Part shown: in pieces, positions 49,300 through 64,000 of the stretch
How the letters are laid out: every line of letters begins with the position of its first letter
Numbering within the stretch: the stretch's first letter is position 1
From: Mytilus edulis
Taxonomy: Eukaryota
Direction: 5' to 3'
NCBI RefSeq assembly: GCF_963676685.1
Contig: NC_092350.1
Coordinates: forward strand, 27,528,001 to 27,592,000
DNA length: 64,000 bases
The notes under the pieces: model-generated
Told to the model about the DNA's origin: nothing
What the model saw: only the letters and a program-made list of their open reading frames with translations
Database searches by the model: none
Translations under genes and position numbers: made by a program

Positions 49300-51305
49300 T
49301 TTCGCTCAATAATCAAATAGCATGATTTGCATATTCTAGTGCATAGACTTATTATATAGTCTATTAAAATCAAAATGTTAAACAAGATAACATTCAAAGC
49401 ATTATTGATGCGCTTCCTCAGATATGAACGTTAGGCCGTTGGTTTTCTCGTTTGAATTGTTTTACAATTGTCCATGTTGTCATTTCGGTGCCTTTCATAG
49501 CTGGCTATTCGGTTTCGGCTTCGCTCATTGTTGAAAGCTGTATGATGACCTATGTCTGTCATTTGGTCTCTTGTGGAGAGTTTTCTCATTGGCAATCATT
49601 CCAAATATTCTTTTTTATATATAAATCTTCATGATCTTGCTACGGGACTGTTGGTTCATCATCATGATCATGTAAGTCTATATGGTGCGTGTCAAACGTA
49701 AATGACTTTTTATTACCATAACTTCTCTTTGATTAATTAGTTTGCTTTTCACATACGCCGGATAATTGCAGCCTTTTTTCCCTTCATTCGATATCGTTAA
49801 CTGTACAAGTAAAGAGCTAATTATGTGTTGAAGTTTTGTTAGAAACTTAATGTGTGGTGAAATTAGGCCAGGAATTAATTATGTGTTGAAATAAGGTCAG
49901 GGATCAATTATGTGTTGAAATTAGGTTATGAACCAATTTTGTGTTGAAATGGATTAATTGATACTGCATGTAAATAAATCTATAAAGTAAAATTTTCAAT
50001 GAAAGTCCCTTATCAAATATCTAAATCATGAGATAATGGTTTATCGAAATATGGATCACTCGTCTGAAGTAAATGATCGGACATATTCTGATAATAATTA
50101 GTTCTCTATAAACACTAAAACGATCATGATCCTTCAATTTTTCACTGTAAGTCAGGATCATAAAAAACAGTATAATTCAAAGAATGAAACAACTTCTGAT
50201 TCTAGACTTAGAGCATTTACATCGATTTATGAGTAAGGATATCTCTTTGATTTGTCCTTCCTCTCTTTGCATGATTTCATTACGGATTCAATGTCGACCT
50301 CGATCAAGTTGATAGGTTATGATTTTTTTCTATTTCTATGTGTAATGGAATGAAAAGCATTTGTTACTTTTAAACAGCGGTATACTATTGATGCTTTTGT
50401 TTGCAGATAATGTTAAGATCAAAATGACCGCTTAAGAATATCCGTGACAGTAAATGTTTTTTTCGCTATTTTCGGTCGATCATCTGACTCGATTTATAAG
50501 ATTTGAACATCTACTGTTGCTTGAATTCTTATATGTTATAGTTCTGAGAAAGTATGTAAGATTTGGTAATGAATTTTTAACATCTATCTTATGTTTATTA
50601 TCATCAATCTTTTGTTATCTTTACTAATGTTTTCTCTCAGAAGATCTTGTAATAAGACGATACTAGTGGACACACATTCCATTGTCGACTTACAAATGTT
50701 TGGGATTCTATACTTATCTAACGAACGGAGTGATTGATACGAGCAAGTGAATGTTACTTTATGTAATACGAATTTTTCAACAATTGCTATGATTATATGC
50801 TTGTTGCCAATAAGATGATATTACTCAATTAAAACAGTGCATTGATCAAACGTTTACATGAAATTGCTGCCTTTAAAATGACAAATATGAACATTATTGT
50901 AATTGGAGCTGAAAATATTACGTAATTTCAATGTCAATGTTTGATCTCATGACGATAGTTCGTCGTTTGAAAAAAAATGCAGGTATTATCCTTTTCAGTA
51001 CCAATTTCAAAAACAAATTATTAGAAAAAAATTCATCATTGTCATTTTCGCTCAAAGGTTCAATTATAGCACAATTAGCCTATTCAAGTACATAGACTAA
51101 AAATGACATTTTATCATCCATTAAAATCAAAATGTTAAACATTCTAACCATAAATGATGCACTTCTTCCGCCATGAACACTTTTACATCTTGCTACATGT
51201 CTATCGGTTCATCATCATGATCATGTTAGTCTATATGGTGTTTGTCAAGTATTACCATTACTTCTCTTTAAATAATTAGTCTCCTTTAAACATACGCCGG
51301 TTAAC
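49300..51305. repeat. Diverged direct duplication (49300-49765 vs 51050-51305); left copy carries a family D insertion
   Basis: Shared attaaaatcaaaatgttaaac, ggttcatcatcatgatcatgt, tattacca.(a/t)acttctcttt and acatacgccgg. Confidence 0.75.
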
Positions 51306-54300
51306 AACATCCTTGTCTCCTTTTATTTAATGTCTTCGAACCACGAACATAACAAAAAACCAGATTGACATGAGGTGTTGTGAACAGGTCAGATAACAAA
51401 TTAAAAGACTGAGCAACACCTACCCTTCCAAAAACGGTGATGTTCTTCTCGTGAAGAATTTACCGACAGTGCGAGGACTATATAGCGAGTCAAGGTCGTT
51501 GAAAACTCCATCATCATCTTGAAGAATAAACAGATCCTGCTTTACATGCTGCTGATAACTTATAGGAAAATAGGTAGATTATGTCCATTTGATTGACGCA
51601 AAAGGAGGGAGAACTAGTATGTACGGTTTTTTTCATCTCATGGTCATTGATGGTGTCGCAAAGAAGTTCAACATACATGGTAAGCCATTGTCACTTTGAT
51701 ACATCAGTTGATGACCTTACCAGGTTTCTTGTCGATACAATCAAATAGCTTTCCTTTCTATTTGATTTATTTGACAGTATACATTTTACTTAAATATTGC
51801 AAATTATTTACTCTTCATAAACTACACACCGGGTTATGCTAATATCTAACGAAATAATCAGTCAATCAAGTGAATATGAATGAAAACGGCTATTAGAAAC
51901 AATAAACAATTTCTGTTTTCCGCATGAATATTGAATATAGTTAACAGACAAGCATAAAACAAATCAAATTGCCTAATTACATCCAGTTTTCTATCCAATT
52001 TCAACAGTAAATTAGATATTTACTTTTTTTTTATCCATTCCTTTGTATCCAATTTATGTTACATTGATGGTGTTTTATTGGTTCATATTGCTATAGATAA
52101 CATTTCTCAAGCGCACATAATTGTAATCTCTGTCCTGCCTTTTATTTTTCACTCTATTCGGTCCTGCCTTTTTTTTTTAGTTTATCCTGACTTTGTTTTA
52201 CCTAAATTGTCATCCTGACTTTTTTTTTAAGTGTCTCATCCTGCTTTTTTTTTTACTCAAAATTCCTGTCCTGCCTAATTTTTTCAAATTTCATCCTAGC
52301 CCCCCTCCCCCCTAAAAATCAAATGGTAGCTCCCTAATACATAACTATATTTTCACTATTTTTGAACTATGAAACACCATTTAAAATAAAAAGAACAACA
52401 ACATAAATATTGGAACACAACTAATAGACATAGTAATTCGACGTCTACAATTTCACGCCTTTTATATAAACCGTTTCGTAAAATGTAAAATGTAACCAAT
52501 CTAATAGTGATTTGTTGTTGTTTTCAAACATGGGTGCCTGTTTAAGTCCTCATACAAACCTTTCAAGACTTCGTGTGAAAGTGTGTGTTTTCCATTCATT
52601 AAAAACAATAGTTATTGTTTTCATCATTATCAACCTTACTTATGACCACAAACGAATAGACGTCTACGTAAATAACACGAATGCTTAGTTTCCGTACAAG
52701 GCTTTTAACAAATCACTGTTTAAATAGACAGGAGAACAAAACCACCGTCTAATTAATACTTCAGACATTCAAAACGCATGCACTTTTCTGATATGAAAAT
52801 GTTTCGACAAAGCATTAAGTGATGGAAATGTTTTTTTTCTATACCACGATATATATCTGAGCTAATTGACATCTACTAGCACTGCATATAAAATATTTTG
52901 AAGTAGCCAAGAGTGAAGACTGTTAAATGTAGAGAATACAATTTCCAATTGACACGAAAAGAATGTATGCCTGCTACGGTAAAAAGTACGTGTCTGGTTT
53001 AATTATTGCTACACACTCATATAGCAGTGGTCATTTTTACGAAAAAAAACTTACTACTTGATAAACAAATTAGTATACTAACAAAACTTTAGTATTAAGA
53101 TTTTTTGTGAAACTGATAACTGATACATTAATCAGCAGGTTCAAAAATTTCGTTTCATGTGGTCTACTTGTAACTAATAAAATGATTTCTTTACGACAAC
53201 TGTTGCAGCATTTATTCTATAACACATACGATTGTTTTCCGTCAGTCGTATAGAACCAGTTTCAACACATCGTTCCGTAACCATTAACAAAGATCTTTTT
53301 GTTGATGGCATTGCTTGAATTGCCGTATCGTTAAGTTAATCGTTCGAATCGCGATCTCTGTTTTGTCATAAGATAAACCCCAAATGACGTTACAAGTTAG
53401 AGTAGATGAAAGAAAGACTGATGGTATCTCTGGAAAATTATAAGTACAATTTCTATAATATCAAATTTACCACACATGTAATTAAATGCAGTTCAAAGCT
53501 GACCACCACGTTCATAAGCAATAAGATTAACGTGTCATTGTAAGCGATAATCACTCTTTAACCATCAATTTCTCATTTCAATCAAAATCAAGGTCATTTC
53601 CATATTAAGCATTACGTATTCCCACAAGGACATTCATTCGTATATTTACGGCTCTTAGACGGTGGTTTTAATGTGTATTGATGATAGGCTACTGTATTGT
53701 GTTACATGTGACTGATTTTCTGAGTGCAACTGCTTTAAGCAATAGTGATATCCATTAGGAAGACATTTCTTGCCCTACATTAGATGGAGATGTAGATGTA
53801 ATGCGCTGCGCAATTGAGCTTGCTACATCTACTTTCTGGTTGACCTATATGTCTAAAATAAAGCTAAATATCACTGTCACGCATGTTAACATTTTATGGC
53901 TACCATTTTAATCTTATTAAATGTCTAATGGTTTGTCGTGATGAGAAGATAAGATAAATTTAAAAAAGATATTTCAAGCTTGGATTAGTTTTAAAACCAT
54001 AGAAATCTTACAGGATCTTTAGTATTCAAATGATTTGTCATAATTGGTTAAACGTCGAAAAAATCTTTGTACACGATTAATACTCCTTCTAGCAGTGATG
54101 AAAGACAATAAATATTTGAAAAATTCGTAAAACACGTTTTCGCTGCGACATTTTGAAGGTGCTTCCTTTAAACCTTGAAATATCTTTATTCAGACACTTC
54201 ACTTTGTAAAATTGCAACAACATGAAATTTGAAGCTGAACGACATCTAGAGGTTATAATTAATAATATCAGGCTTCTTTACACGACCATGCAAACGATTG

Positions 54301-54996
54301 TTTCATTTATCCGAATGATGTTTATTGACCGGGGACGTCTTTTTGTGACTTGTGAATCTCGTGAGTTGTATCCTGCAAACCTGCATAACGTCACCATATG
54401 GTACCATATGGCACGTTAATCACAAATCTAGAACGCCCGCTACTTACGGAATATGTTATTCGTAAACTATTACCGAATGTGTTTTTTTAGATGATATGAA
54501 AACTTACTCAAATCTGCTGGGCCTTGTTGACATTTTATTATATGCATCGAGTAATTGAAAGTGTTAATAATTCTTGTTATTTCATGACTAAATTTATCTG
54601 TTTTCTCATTGGTTAAGAGCACAGGAAATCCTCATTAATAACACGTTATATTCACCTCAGCAAAAATCCAAGAGAGTTATATAAGATTTGGAACAACTTC
54701 CGTGTACCAAAATATAGATATTCCAAGGCAACGTTAATGACGTAGGTTTACGACGTCAAGTAAATTCCCGTGTTTTCTTTTTCTTCTTGTATTCGGTGTA
54801 TTTTCTCATTTGTTGTGTTTTTGAATTAATATTTCAACTAATGAAAATAAGAAACAGCACAAGCCCATGAAATAATTAAAACTAAAAACAGGAAGCAGTT
54901 TCAAAAGTTTCTTCAACAAATAGTAGAAAATTGGATAAGGATACAAAATCATATAATACAACAATTGTTTAGCTTTGATTTCAGTTGATACATAGA

Positions 54997-55132
54997 GATT
55001 AATACATGGCCTTTTCCGTATCAGCCTGGGTATCATCCCGTGATCCCCATATCATCCCGAGGCGGGGTCGAGGTGCTGATATGGGTCGAGGGATGATACC
55101 CAGGCTGATATGGAAAAGGCCATGTATTAATC
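54997..55132. repeat. Long hairpin (~43-bp near-perfect arms plus imperfect inner stem) within a dispersed element
   Basis: gattaatacatggccttttccgtatcagcctgggtatcatccc ... gggatgatacccaggctgatatggaaaaggccatgtattaatc; right arm and downstream sequence recur at 23248-23770. Confidence 0.9.
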
Positions 55133-58100
55133 GCTTTATCATATACTTCCGACACTAGTTTTATGTAAGGCAAATAAACAAATGCAATAACTAAAACAGC
55201 ATCACTACCTTCATATATATTTATGGTAACATTTCCTATAGAGGCATTTTGAATCATTGAAAATTTGACAGAGTTTTATGATCATTATTACTCCATGTTT
55301 GTTGTACTATAAAATATTTCATAATTGTCAATGGCATTTGTTAGCAAGTGCTGAACTATCCCTACAAAAGTTCCCGTAAATTTTGATGTCGTCATAAAGA
55401 ATATCTGACGTCACAATGAAAAAGTAAACAACCGATACAGGAAACACCGGAAGTAACTTGCACGAGAGGCACTATTATGGTTTTTGTGCACGAGATGCAC
55501 CTGATATGGGTTATCAGCCCGGGTTGGAAATTATGGCTTGTGTACTTCCGCTTATTACACATATGCAAAAGCTATCATATCAATGCTAAGTATAGGATAA
55601 ACTGATTTATCAACGCCAGAGATATTACATTCACCCATTGGCCGTTCGGTGAATATCATATCTCTGGGACTGATAAATAACTGTATCAAACCCATAAAAA
55701 GTCAATTATGGTATAATGCCATTGTTACAGGATATTGTATATCCGTTTGAATTGTTTCATATTTGGTTATACCGAGTCTATTTTGAGCGTCCTATACAGT
55801 ATGGTTTTTCTCATTCTGAAAGGTCATATTACGCATATCCTCGTCATTTTGTGTTTTTTTGCCATGGGATTATAGAATATAGTAAACGGTGAGTATAACG
55901 TAAAAAGAAACATTTGCCTTTCCAATCACAGTTCCAATTATTAAACATTGTTGACAGAATGTTGATAAAAAAAAATGCTATTTGTATTATATCGATATAG
56001 AAAGATATGGTATGAGTGCCAATGAGACAACTCTCATTCCAAATAACAATTTATAAAAGTAAACCATTACAGGTCAAGTTACGACCTTCAACATGGAGCC
56101 TTGACTCACACCGAACAGTAAGCTATAAAGGGCCCCAACAATTAGTAATGTAAAACCATTCAAACGGGAAAACCATCGGTCTTATATATATAAAAACGAG
56201 AAACACGTATGAACTTCATAAACAAACTACTGTACATCAGATTCCTGTTTTAGGACATTTACAAACATTTGCAGCGGGATTAAACGTTTTTATGGTGCCA
56301 AACCTTCTCCCTTTTCTGAAACAATAGTATAACATCACAACATAGAAAAACACACTATAAAATATCAATTGGAAGGCTTAACTCAATCAAAATATAGATA
56401 TTCTGTCTGTATGTCAGATTAGCAATGGGTACATTTTTCTTGGATAACAAAAAACCAAACGTTTTATAGGAGGATAATTGTAGTAAAGTAAAAATCTATC
56501 GAATCTCCATGCATATTGTGTGATGCTTTTGGTCCAGTCTTAGACTATTTAACTCAAGCGTTGTTAGCGAATGTGTATATGCATTTACATAACTTGACCT
56601 TGAACTTTTCGGATGAAGGAGATATCCCGAAATCGTGTCCTGGCTATTTCAAAATTATTTTCCATTTCGTTTTTTTACTACTTAAAGGCTGACGCTATCA
56701 TGATTGCAAAGTACCTTTATTTTCTCATAGGCGTTAATACATGTAGTAGCCTTTTACAGATAAAGACTTTAGCACAGTTGATGTTAAGAACGACATAAAG
56801 ATATTTTTGAGTAAAATGAACTTTCCAAAAGCTCTTCTTAACGGAACTCGTACTTATTGCCTTCGCCTAACAATTCTGTACTTAAAATTATAAAATCGCT
56901 GCGCCCATACTACTCATTGATGAATTATAATGTCAATTGGTCTTTTATCTAATAAATTGACATACCTACATTTTGAACTTGCATTCACAAACTACCGGAT
57001 CATTTTATTCTAAGATTAGATTAATTTTAGTTCTCTCATTAATTTAACATTGATTAAATTTATCCATTCAATATTTTGACTCTAGTGCAATGTGGTTTGA
57101 AGATTTCAAACTATAAATCATTGATCTTTAATACTCATTCATGTGATACTGTTTGAATTAAATTTTTACCTTTTCGAAACATGTTAAGTTTGTAATCATT
57201 AATAGTAACTTAGTTAGCATTTTTTCTTTAAACTTTATTTAGGTGCGGCAAATTATCATCAAAGACAAACTATATACATATAGGAATATGTGGTATAAGT
57301 GGCAACTCTCCATCCAAGTAAAAAGTTATAAAAGTAAACCACTATAGGTCAAGGTACGGCCTTCATGACGGAGCCTTGGCCCACACCGAACAGCAAGCTG
57401 TATTTTAGTTTAAATGTTATTTGTTTTGATGTCTAAGATAGCACAATACACAAACATCTAAATTTGATCCAAAACCAAAAAAGAAAATATATTAACATTT
57501 CTTGCACTGATAATGAGTTTTGATGATAATTAGTTTTATAAACAAATGCACGTGTCTGACTGATAGCTTTATGGCCACTGATCAGCAATAAAATAGTTAT
57601 AAAAAAGAGGTAGATTAGGGATAAATGTACTTACGAAGATACTGAATTTCAAATTAAAAAACATTCTGTATTGGAGCTGCGAGAAGATGAAAACAAAACA
57701 ACAATTTCGAAAAATAGAGGTAATATCAAAATAATATACAGATGTTAAACACATGTAATTGAACAACAAATAATGTGTTGATGTGTATACTAGAGTTTCT
57801 TGAAAAGAATTTTTAAAATATATGTTTTAAAGAAAATACGAATTAAATATTTCATTTTCAAACTGCAAAACAAAAACCAAAAAAAAAAAAAAAACTACTT
57901 TGTGTAACACACCATATTGTCCTTGTATACTATTATCATGATTATAATTATAGAAATCCACCAATAGGGATCCTCTAAACTGACCAACTGATAATTTTGT
58001 GTAAAAATGCATAACTTACTTTTGTAACAATAAAAAAAAACAAAATATGTTATTCTATGTACTAAATGAATAAAATCCATATTGAAAAAAAAAAAACCAA

Positions 58101-61100
58101 ATGCAATGTGTAAGTAAACTTCTGAGATCATTAATAGTAAAGGTTGATCATGGTGGGCGGAGTTTTGACCATATCAGTAGCAACTGACTTACAGCAAGGT
58201 CAATAATGATATAACATCGCCCTCAAGATCTGATTTGGTATGCATAGGGTGTGCATTTTCTTTATTACGAAAACATTACTTTCTGTCATGGAAATGTAGT
58301 TTTCAAGGAATTTAGCACAGATGTATGCCCCTATATGCTTAATTTTTACACATGTGGTTCCTTGACCAGTTATCTGCAAAAGGGTGTCTCCGATTTCCAA
58401 AAACTGTTACACATCAATAAAACAAATTTCATACACAATTAAAGTTAGTGAACCATTATGAATTGAGGTTGCGCTCTTTGTTGAAGGTTAATGAGAGAAT
58501 ACAATACAATAGGCAAATTCTGCGACACCCTTTTGGAGGTGAAACTGTCATGACTATGTTATACAAGACTTTATAAAACATTTTGGGATGCTATGAATAC
58601 ATGTTACAAGGAAGCTAATTTCATTCAAGTGTAGACATCACTATATAGCAAATAATAACATTATAAATTTATTTGTAATAATGTCATAATGTCATAATGA
58701 AATTATCACCATTTGAAAGAGTTCTCTTTCTTCTCTCTGTCGGTACCTTATAAAATTTTAAGCTAGATAAAAGAAATAACATTATTTTAAAGTTGTCTGA
58801 TTAGGGGTGAAAACATCTTTGTATTGTACTTTCTTAATTATTTTTTTTACCTTAACATTCTTCTTTTTAGAAATATAAGTACTTTTAGGCGATTGTTAAA
58901 CTGTGACTATTAGAGAAACCATATTATCAAGATTAAAAAAGAAGATTACTTTAGCTGTCTGACGTAGAAATTATCTGCAAATATTGAAAATGGGATCTTA
59001 ATACAGTAGCGGAATAGAATTAAACTTTATCTCATTAATGTTGTGTTATCTTTTGTACTTTACAAGATTTTTCACTCGCCCTATTAAATCATTTGAAGGC
59101 AAATGTAAATTTAATTTGCAGTCTTCTGGCTAGACTTCTGTCGTTTTGTCCATAACATGAATAATAGTACATGGTTTTAACAGTAAGGCTTTTGGTGTTA
59201 TATTAAGACTCAAATATTTTTGAATTTGTTTACAGCACACTAATACGAGTTACTATACATTCAATTGTCATTACCGTACGCGACAGGCCTGTATATTGCG
59301 TATTGTGTATTTTGTCCATGGATTCATGAGTTTTTTGTCCATGGATTTATGAGTTTTAACAGCGGTATACTACTGTTGCCTTTATTTATTAAACGTAACA
59401 GACTTGAAGGACGAAATAAAATGAGATACTTGTTTGTTATAAAAGCGGTAGCGAATTGTCCTGTGCAAATGATTTTGATACATGTTGTACATCCATTAAT
59501 CTTACAAATGTTGAGCTTATAATATAGTTTTATCTTTATTATCAGATGTCAACGGAAAACACACATTTAAACGGATTTAAAGTCGAAAACAACTTATATT
59601 TGGAGACAAACGCAAACATAGACCACTTAATACTTTTGGAAATTAACGTTCTATCTAAAGCGGCTGTACTATCAACTGTTTCAAAGAAAGGCACACTTTG
59701 CTTCTATCAATTTCCAATCTTATAAATTAGTCATCATTATAGATATGCATTTCTGTTCGTTTTTTGATTATCCTAATAATGTATGTTAGCCTCATGCTAA
59801 TTTCTGTTGTTTGGTTTTTGTGTCACATTCCCACAATTCAGAAAATAACTTTAATGTTGTGATGTTGGTATGTATCCTTTCTGTATCTTGTACCTTTATG
59901 TCTTATCTCATGGATAAAGACGAAAACCCCAAACAATTGAGAATAAATTGAGGTGTGTGATCCAAATCAAACTTGTTTAAAACAGAGCAGATATCTTGCC
60001 ATTTAAATTTTAACAAAGACCTTACAAACATATTATAGAAAAATACCTGCGGTGACATGCAATGAATTAACTAAAGTAATAGCGTACAACATATTAAAGT
60101 TGCATAAATGTTACATGTGAAAAGATAGGCTTCGAATATTTAACCATGTTAACCTCACTATAATTTGTGCATGTACAGATTCAAGCTCTGTAAACCCTGT
60201 TTTGTCTTTGTTTACAAGGCTATAGGTTTTGAAGGAGTCTGGTGGTGTTTCATGGTATGATCATTTTCACTGTACAGTATTTTTGAAAGATTTAAAGAAA
60301 GAACTAATTCAAATAGTATCCGAAACGATATAAAACAAATTATCGGATTTGCATCTCGGAACATACTTGTGTTAATTATACACATATATATTATACAATG
60401 TAATTTAGCTAAACCGCTCACATGTATGACAGTTGCATCAACGATGCTTGAACAAATAAAACAAACAGACACAAGATGTACATGTAAACATGTCCAAAAT
60501 AGAGGAACAACAGTCAACAATGTGTTATCATCTTAATCACTATAAAAACAAACAAAGTAACAAAGAAGCACAATAAGGCATACATCAAATTTAAATCGTC
60601 ATTTTTTGTTTGTTATACTTTTTTATTTATCTTTGTCAAATCCAACCATAAAGGATTGAAAGATTTGAAGTATTTGGACCGAATTCGTACCCTGATAGAC
60701 ACTTGGTTTTGATAAACATTAAGTCGTAGAACTGCGTGTATGACGTCACACAGGTAGATATGAAATAATTTTGTCGTTCAAGGTTTGAACAGAATATAGG
60801 CTATATTATGAGTATAACAGGATTCGCAGTTTAATAGACATGGACATGTGATTTACGAGGAATGAGGAAGGGCAAAGTGTTACTTGTTGACTGTTGATTA
60901 TGTGTGAAATATATAATAGAAATATGTATAATTTTACAGATCAAAAATGTATTCATCAACATTTAAGAAACTGTCTTACTTTTTAATATGTGTTTGGGAT
61001 ACAATTTCGATATACACCACATTTTGGCAAAGTATGACACAATGATATCGTAATTTTATTTAAACTTACAATCTACCTCAACTGCCTGTTGTGTTTCATA

Positions 61101-61114
61101 GATATCAAAAGAAG

Positions 61115-61678
61115 GATATCTTGCTAACTACTGATGGTAGGTTGAATACCAAAATTTATGACAAACGCGATGATTTTAATTTTCCTATAGTCAACTATCC
61201 ATTTCTGTGTAGCAACATCTCAGCGGCACCAGCATATGGAGTATATGTATCTCAATTGATACGTCACTCTAGAGCTAGCTCAAAGTACGTTGATTTTGTT
61301 GAACGAGGAATACTGCTTTCTCAAAAGTTGATAAGACAGGGCTATGAATCATTCAAATTAAGGTCATCACTCAAGAAATTTTACGGTCGCCATCATGAGC
61401 TGATTGGTCGTTATGACAAACGTGTGTCAGAAATCATATCGGATATTCTTCCTGAGTCATAATTACCTTCCATCATTACCGAACTGAACAAAGAAATAAT
61501 TCGACGGGTGCCGTATACGGTGCAGGAAATGCTTACCCTTCTGGAGCACCTGATTTCATTCCCGGGTTTTAGTGGAGTTCGTGTTGTTTCTTAATTATCA
61601 TTTATAACTGTTGATGTAAATGTCCTTTGGTTTTGTGAGTCTTTGTTCACTCCTTGGTTTTGATTGTTATTGTCTTGC
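61115..61678 (+). mobile_element. Penelope-like RT 3' fragment (family C)
   Basis: DGRLNTKIYDKRDDFNFPIVNYPFLCSNISAAPAYGVYVSQLIR...LKKFYGRHH; stop at 61462, followed by a structured 3' motif related to family B. Confidence 0.85.
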
Positions 61679-64000
61679 TATCGTTCAAGAAAATGAAATA
61701 CTGTATTTCATGTTTTATATTTGATCGTTATTGATAACACTTGAAAGGTTTGCTACCTACTGTCTACTGACAAACACGGATACAATTTTTGTATTCCTTA
61801 ATGACATAAGGTGTTATTAATACAAGTTAAAATTTACTAATATATGAGATCCGATTGAGTATAATGCATTATATTATCAAATGAAGTAACTTCTTATATT
61901 CATTCTATTTCCGATATATCAATTACTATTCGAAAATTGATGCTTAAACGAGTGATTTGAACAACCACATAAATCAAGTGAACGTTTCTATTGGACGTTA
62001 TCAATCATTAGTTGAGAGTTAACAATATATTGCGAAACTGAATAATACACTTTTATATGGTATCTGTCGGATTGCATACGCCTTATGAAGTACATAACAA
62101 AAGGCAAATCAAACTGAAAGGGGCAGAGTTGATGGACAGAAATTACTATACTGATACATCAAAATACGTATATATTCTCTGGTTTCTGGTAAATAAGCCC
62201 TCAAAATAGGTATGTTGTATGTTTTTTTTTCGCGTATCGCTATCTAGTACATACAGTATCTCCTACTACATGTACGTATCTAAGATGTATTGGATCATCT
62301 TGCTTCAATGTCAATATTCCACTAGCATGATGAAGTGGTTAATATCAATCACCATGGACTGAGGTTGCCTTAAATATATCACCTCTTTGTAAATTTTAAA
62401 GACGCCTTCATAAGTTTGGTGAACCGTTACGTGATACCGGTTTCACAGATGATATGGAATATGTTTAATGCCGTAAATACAATCCCGTTACTTTTCCGCG
62501 ATGTGACCTACCGAATAAGACTTGTCACCCGGGTGTGTAGTAACAAGAACAATACGACGGGTGCCTCCGGATCTTCTTACCCTTCTTTCGCCACTCTATT
62601 TTATATAGCTTTTACCAATTTATTTTTATCATTGAACGCACCAAGTTATCACGACCTTTGATTACTTACATCTATTTCATTTGAACTTTGTTGATAGTTG
62701 TCTTATAGACATTCATACCACGTCTTCTTGTCTATTTATAGCAGATATATCATTTTTTATTTCCGGAAAAAAGTAAAGCAACTGAGGTCATTGCGTGATA
62801 AAAAGTACAATCCAATATTAGTTATAATACTGGAAATAAAAATCATACATGCATTCGTCATAATATGATATATTGGTAAACTAATTACTTATGCTACACA
62901 TTGAGGAAGTAATAATGTCATATTAGAACTATGAGTTATTTGAGAGCAATTTCATCTGTGTTGTACATTCCTCTCATTTTTACCAGATCGATATGTGTGA
63001 TGCTTATCGACGACGACGTGTTATAACCTCGGACGTCGCCTCCCATTTAGATTGCAATCAGATTCATGACTTGGAACAAACATGTTTCATGTCTACATAT
63101 GTACATTATATGAAATATAATATTTCATCATTTTGGTCGACAGATAGCAATCACGCGTTATTTTAAGTTGATGATCTATATGAAATGAAAAATCCATATT
63201 TGCACTTGTTTTCAACGATAATAGATTAAAAATTTCAAATGAATATTTAAATTTAAACAAACTTTAATTTGTTTGATACCGAAATTTCTGTTTGATGCAG
63301 TAAGAGTATTTCATTGAGTCTTTTTGTAGTTGTATTGTGATGTATTGGAATGAAAAAGTGTTGACAAGTTTGAAGCGCTTCATTCAAAATCAAAATCTGC
63401 TTCGTTAAATGCTTTTGTAATCAAATGTAATCAAAAGATTCACACAAAAGGTTCAATGTAATTTAATAATTATCAATAAATAATACAATTTCTTGCTAAA
63501 TAAAACGCATTGCATGCAATCATTTATTGAAAACATAATATCATAAACAGTTGTATATCAAGTCATATAGTATGTTTGCAATAATCTACACTTGTTTCAA
63601 TATACATGCGAAATTTTTAGCAAGCTGACATTTAACATATTTCCAAGTATTTATACGAGAGAGGTTTTAAATAAACAACCATAAAAGTTCAGCCTAAGTC
63701 TGAAGGGTTTGTAACCTTATACTAGGTACAATTACATTATTAATGAACTCGAAAGTTACAGACACATGAAGCATTTAAATATACATAAATTATTCAAAAC
63801 GTATCTGTATATTATGCTTATGTAATTTTATTTCATTGAAACTGTCTCAGTAAGGTAATTTGTTGTGTAATATCTGATTAACTGCGTCTTTAAGATAATT
63901 TTCGGAAAAAATGCTTACAAAACCCATTAATGAATAACTCTTTTAAGGACGTTTTATTTTTTATATTTGCAAAACAGAACTTTGTAAGTGCAGTGAAGTA

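Noticed and set aside
46900-60000. Numerous 60-120 aa ORFs
   Set aside because: Low-complexity F/I/L/K/Y composition typical of random AT-rich frames or repeat-derived sequence; no recognisable motifs. Small exons of a spliced gene cannot be excluded.

Overview
AT-rich eukaryotic (animal) genomic DNA. The repeat families and gene types suggest a bivalve mollusc such as Mytilus (inference, not database-checked). Four convincing protein-coding ORFs are present. Three are paralogous single-exon class A (rhodopsin-family) peptide-receptor-like GPCRs (7278-8300 -, 14924-16057 +, 31905-32936 +). The fourth is a single-exon ORF between them (19509-20102 -) that looks like an N-myristoylated, polybasic, permuted papain-fold (PPPDE/LRAT-like) His/Cys enzyme. 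Most of the remainder is repeats: fragments of at least three Penelope-like (PLE) RT families that end without a C-terminal endonuclease, hammerhead-ribozyme (retrozyme/pLTR-like) units including one with an intact catalytic core (36841-36885 -), a CR1/L2-type LINE 3' end split by a PLE insertion, tRNA-derived SINEs, MITEs, minisatellites, and a ~3.9 kb inverted duplication (35058-38995). Best leads: the myristoylated papain-fold gene, the hammerhead units with a fixed 3' end, a covarying structured RNA downstream of PLE RT stops, a core motif shared by several repeat families, and DRY-motif erosion across the GPCR paralogs. No prokaryotic features or CRISPR arrays are supported.
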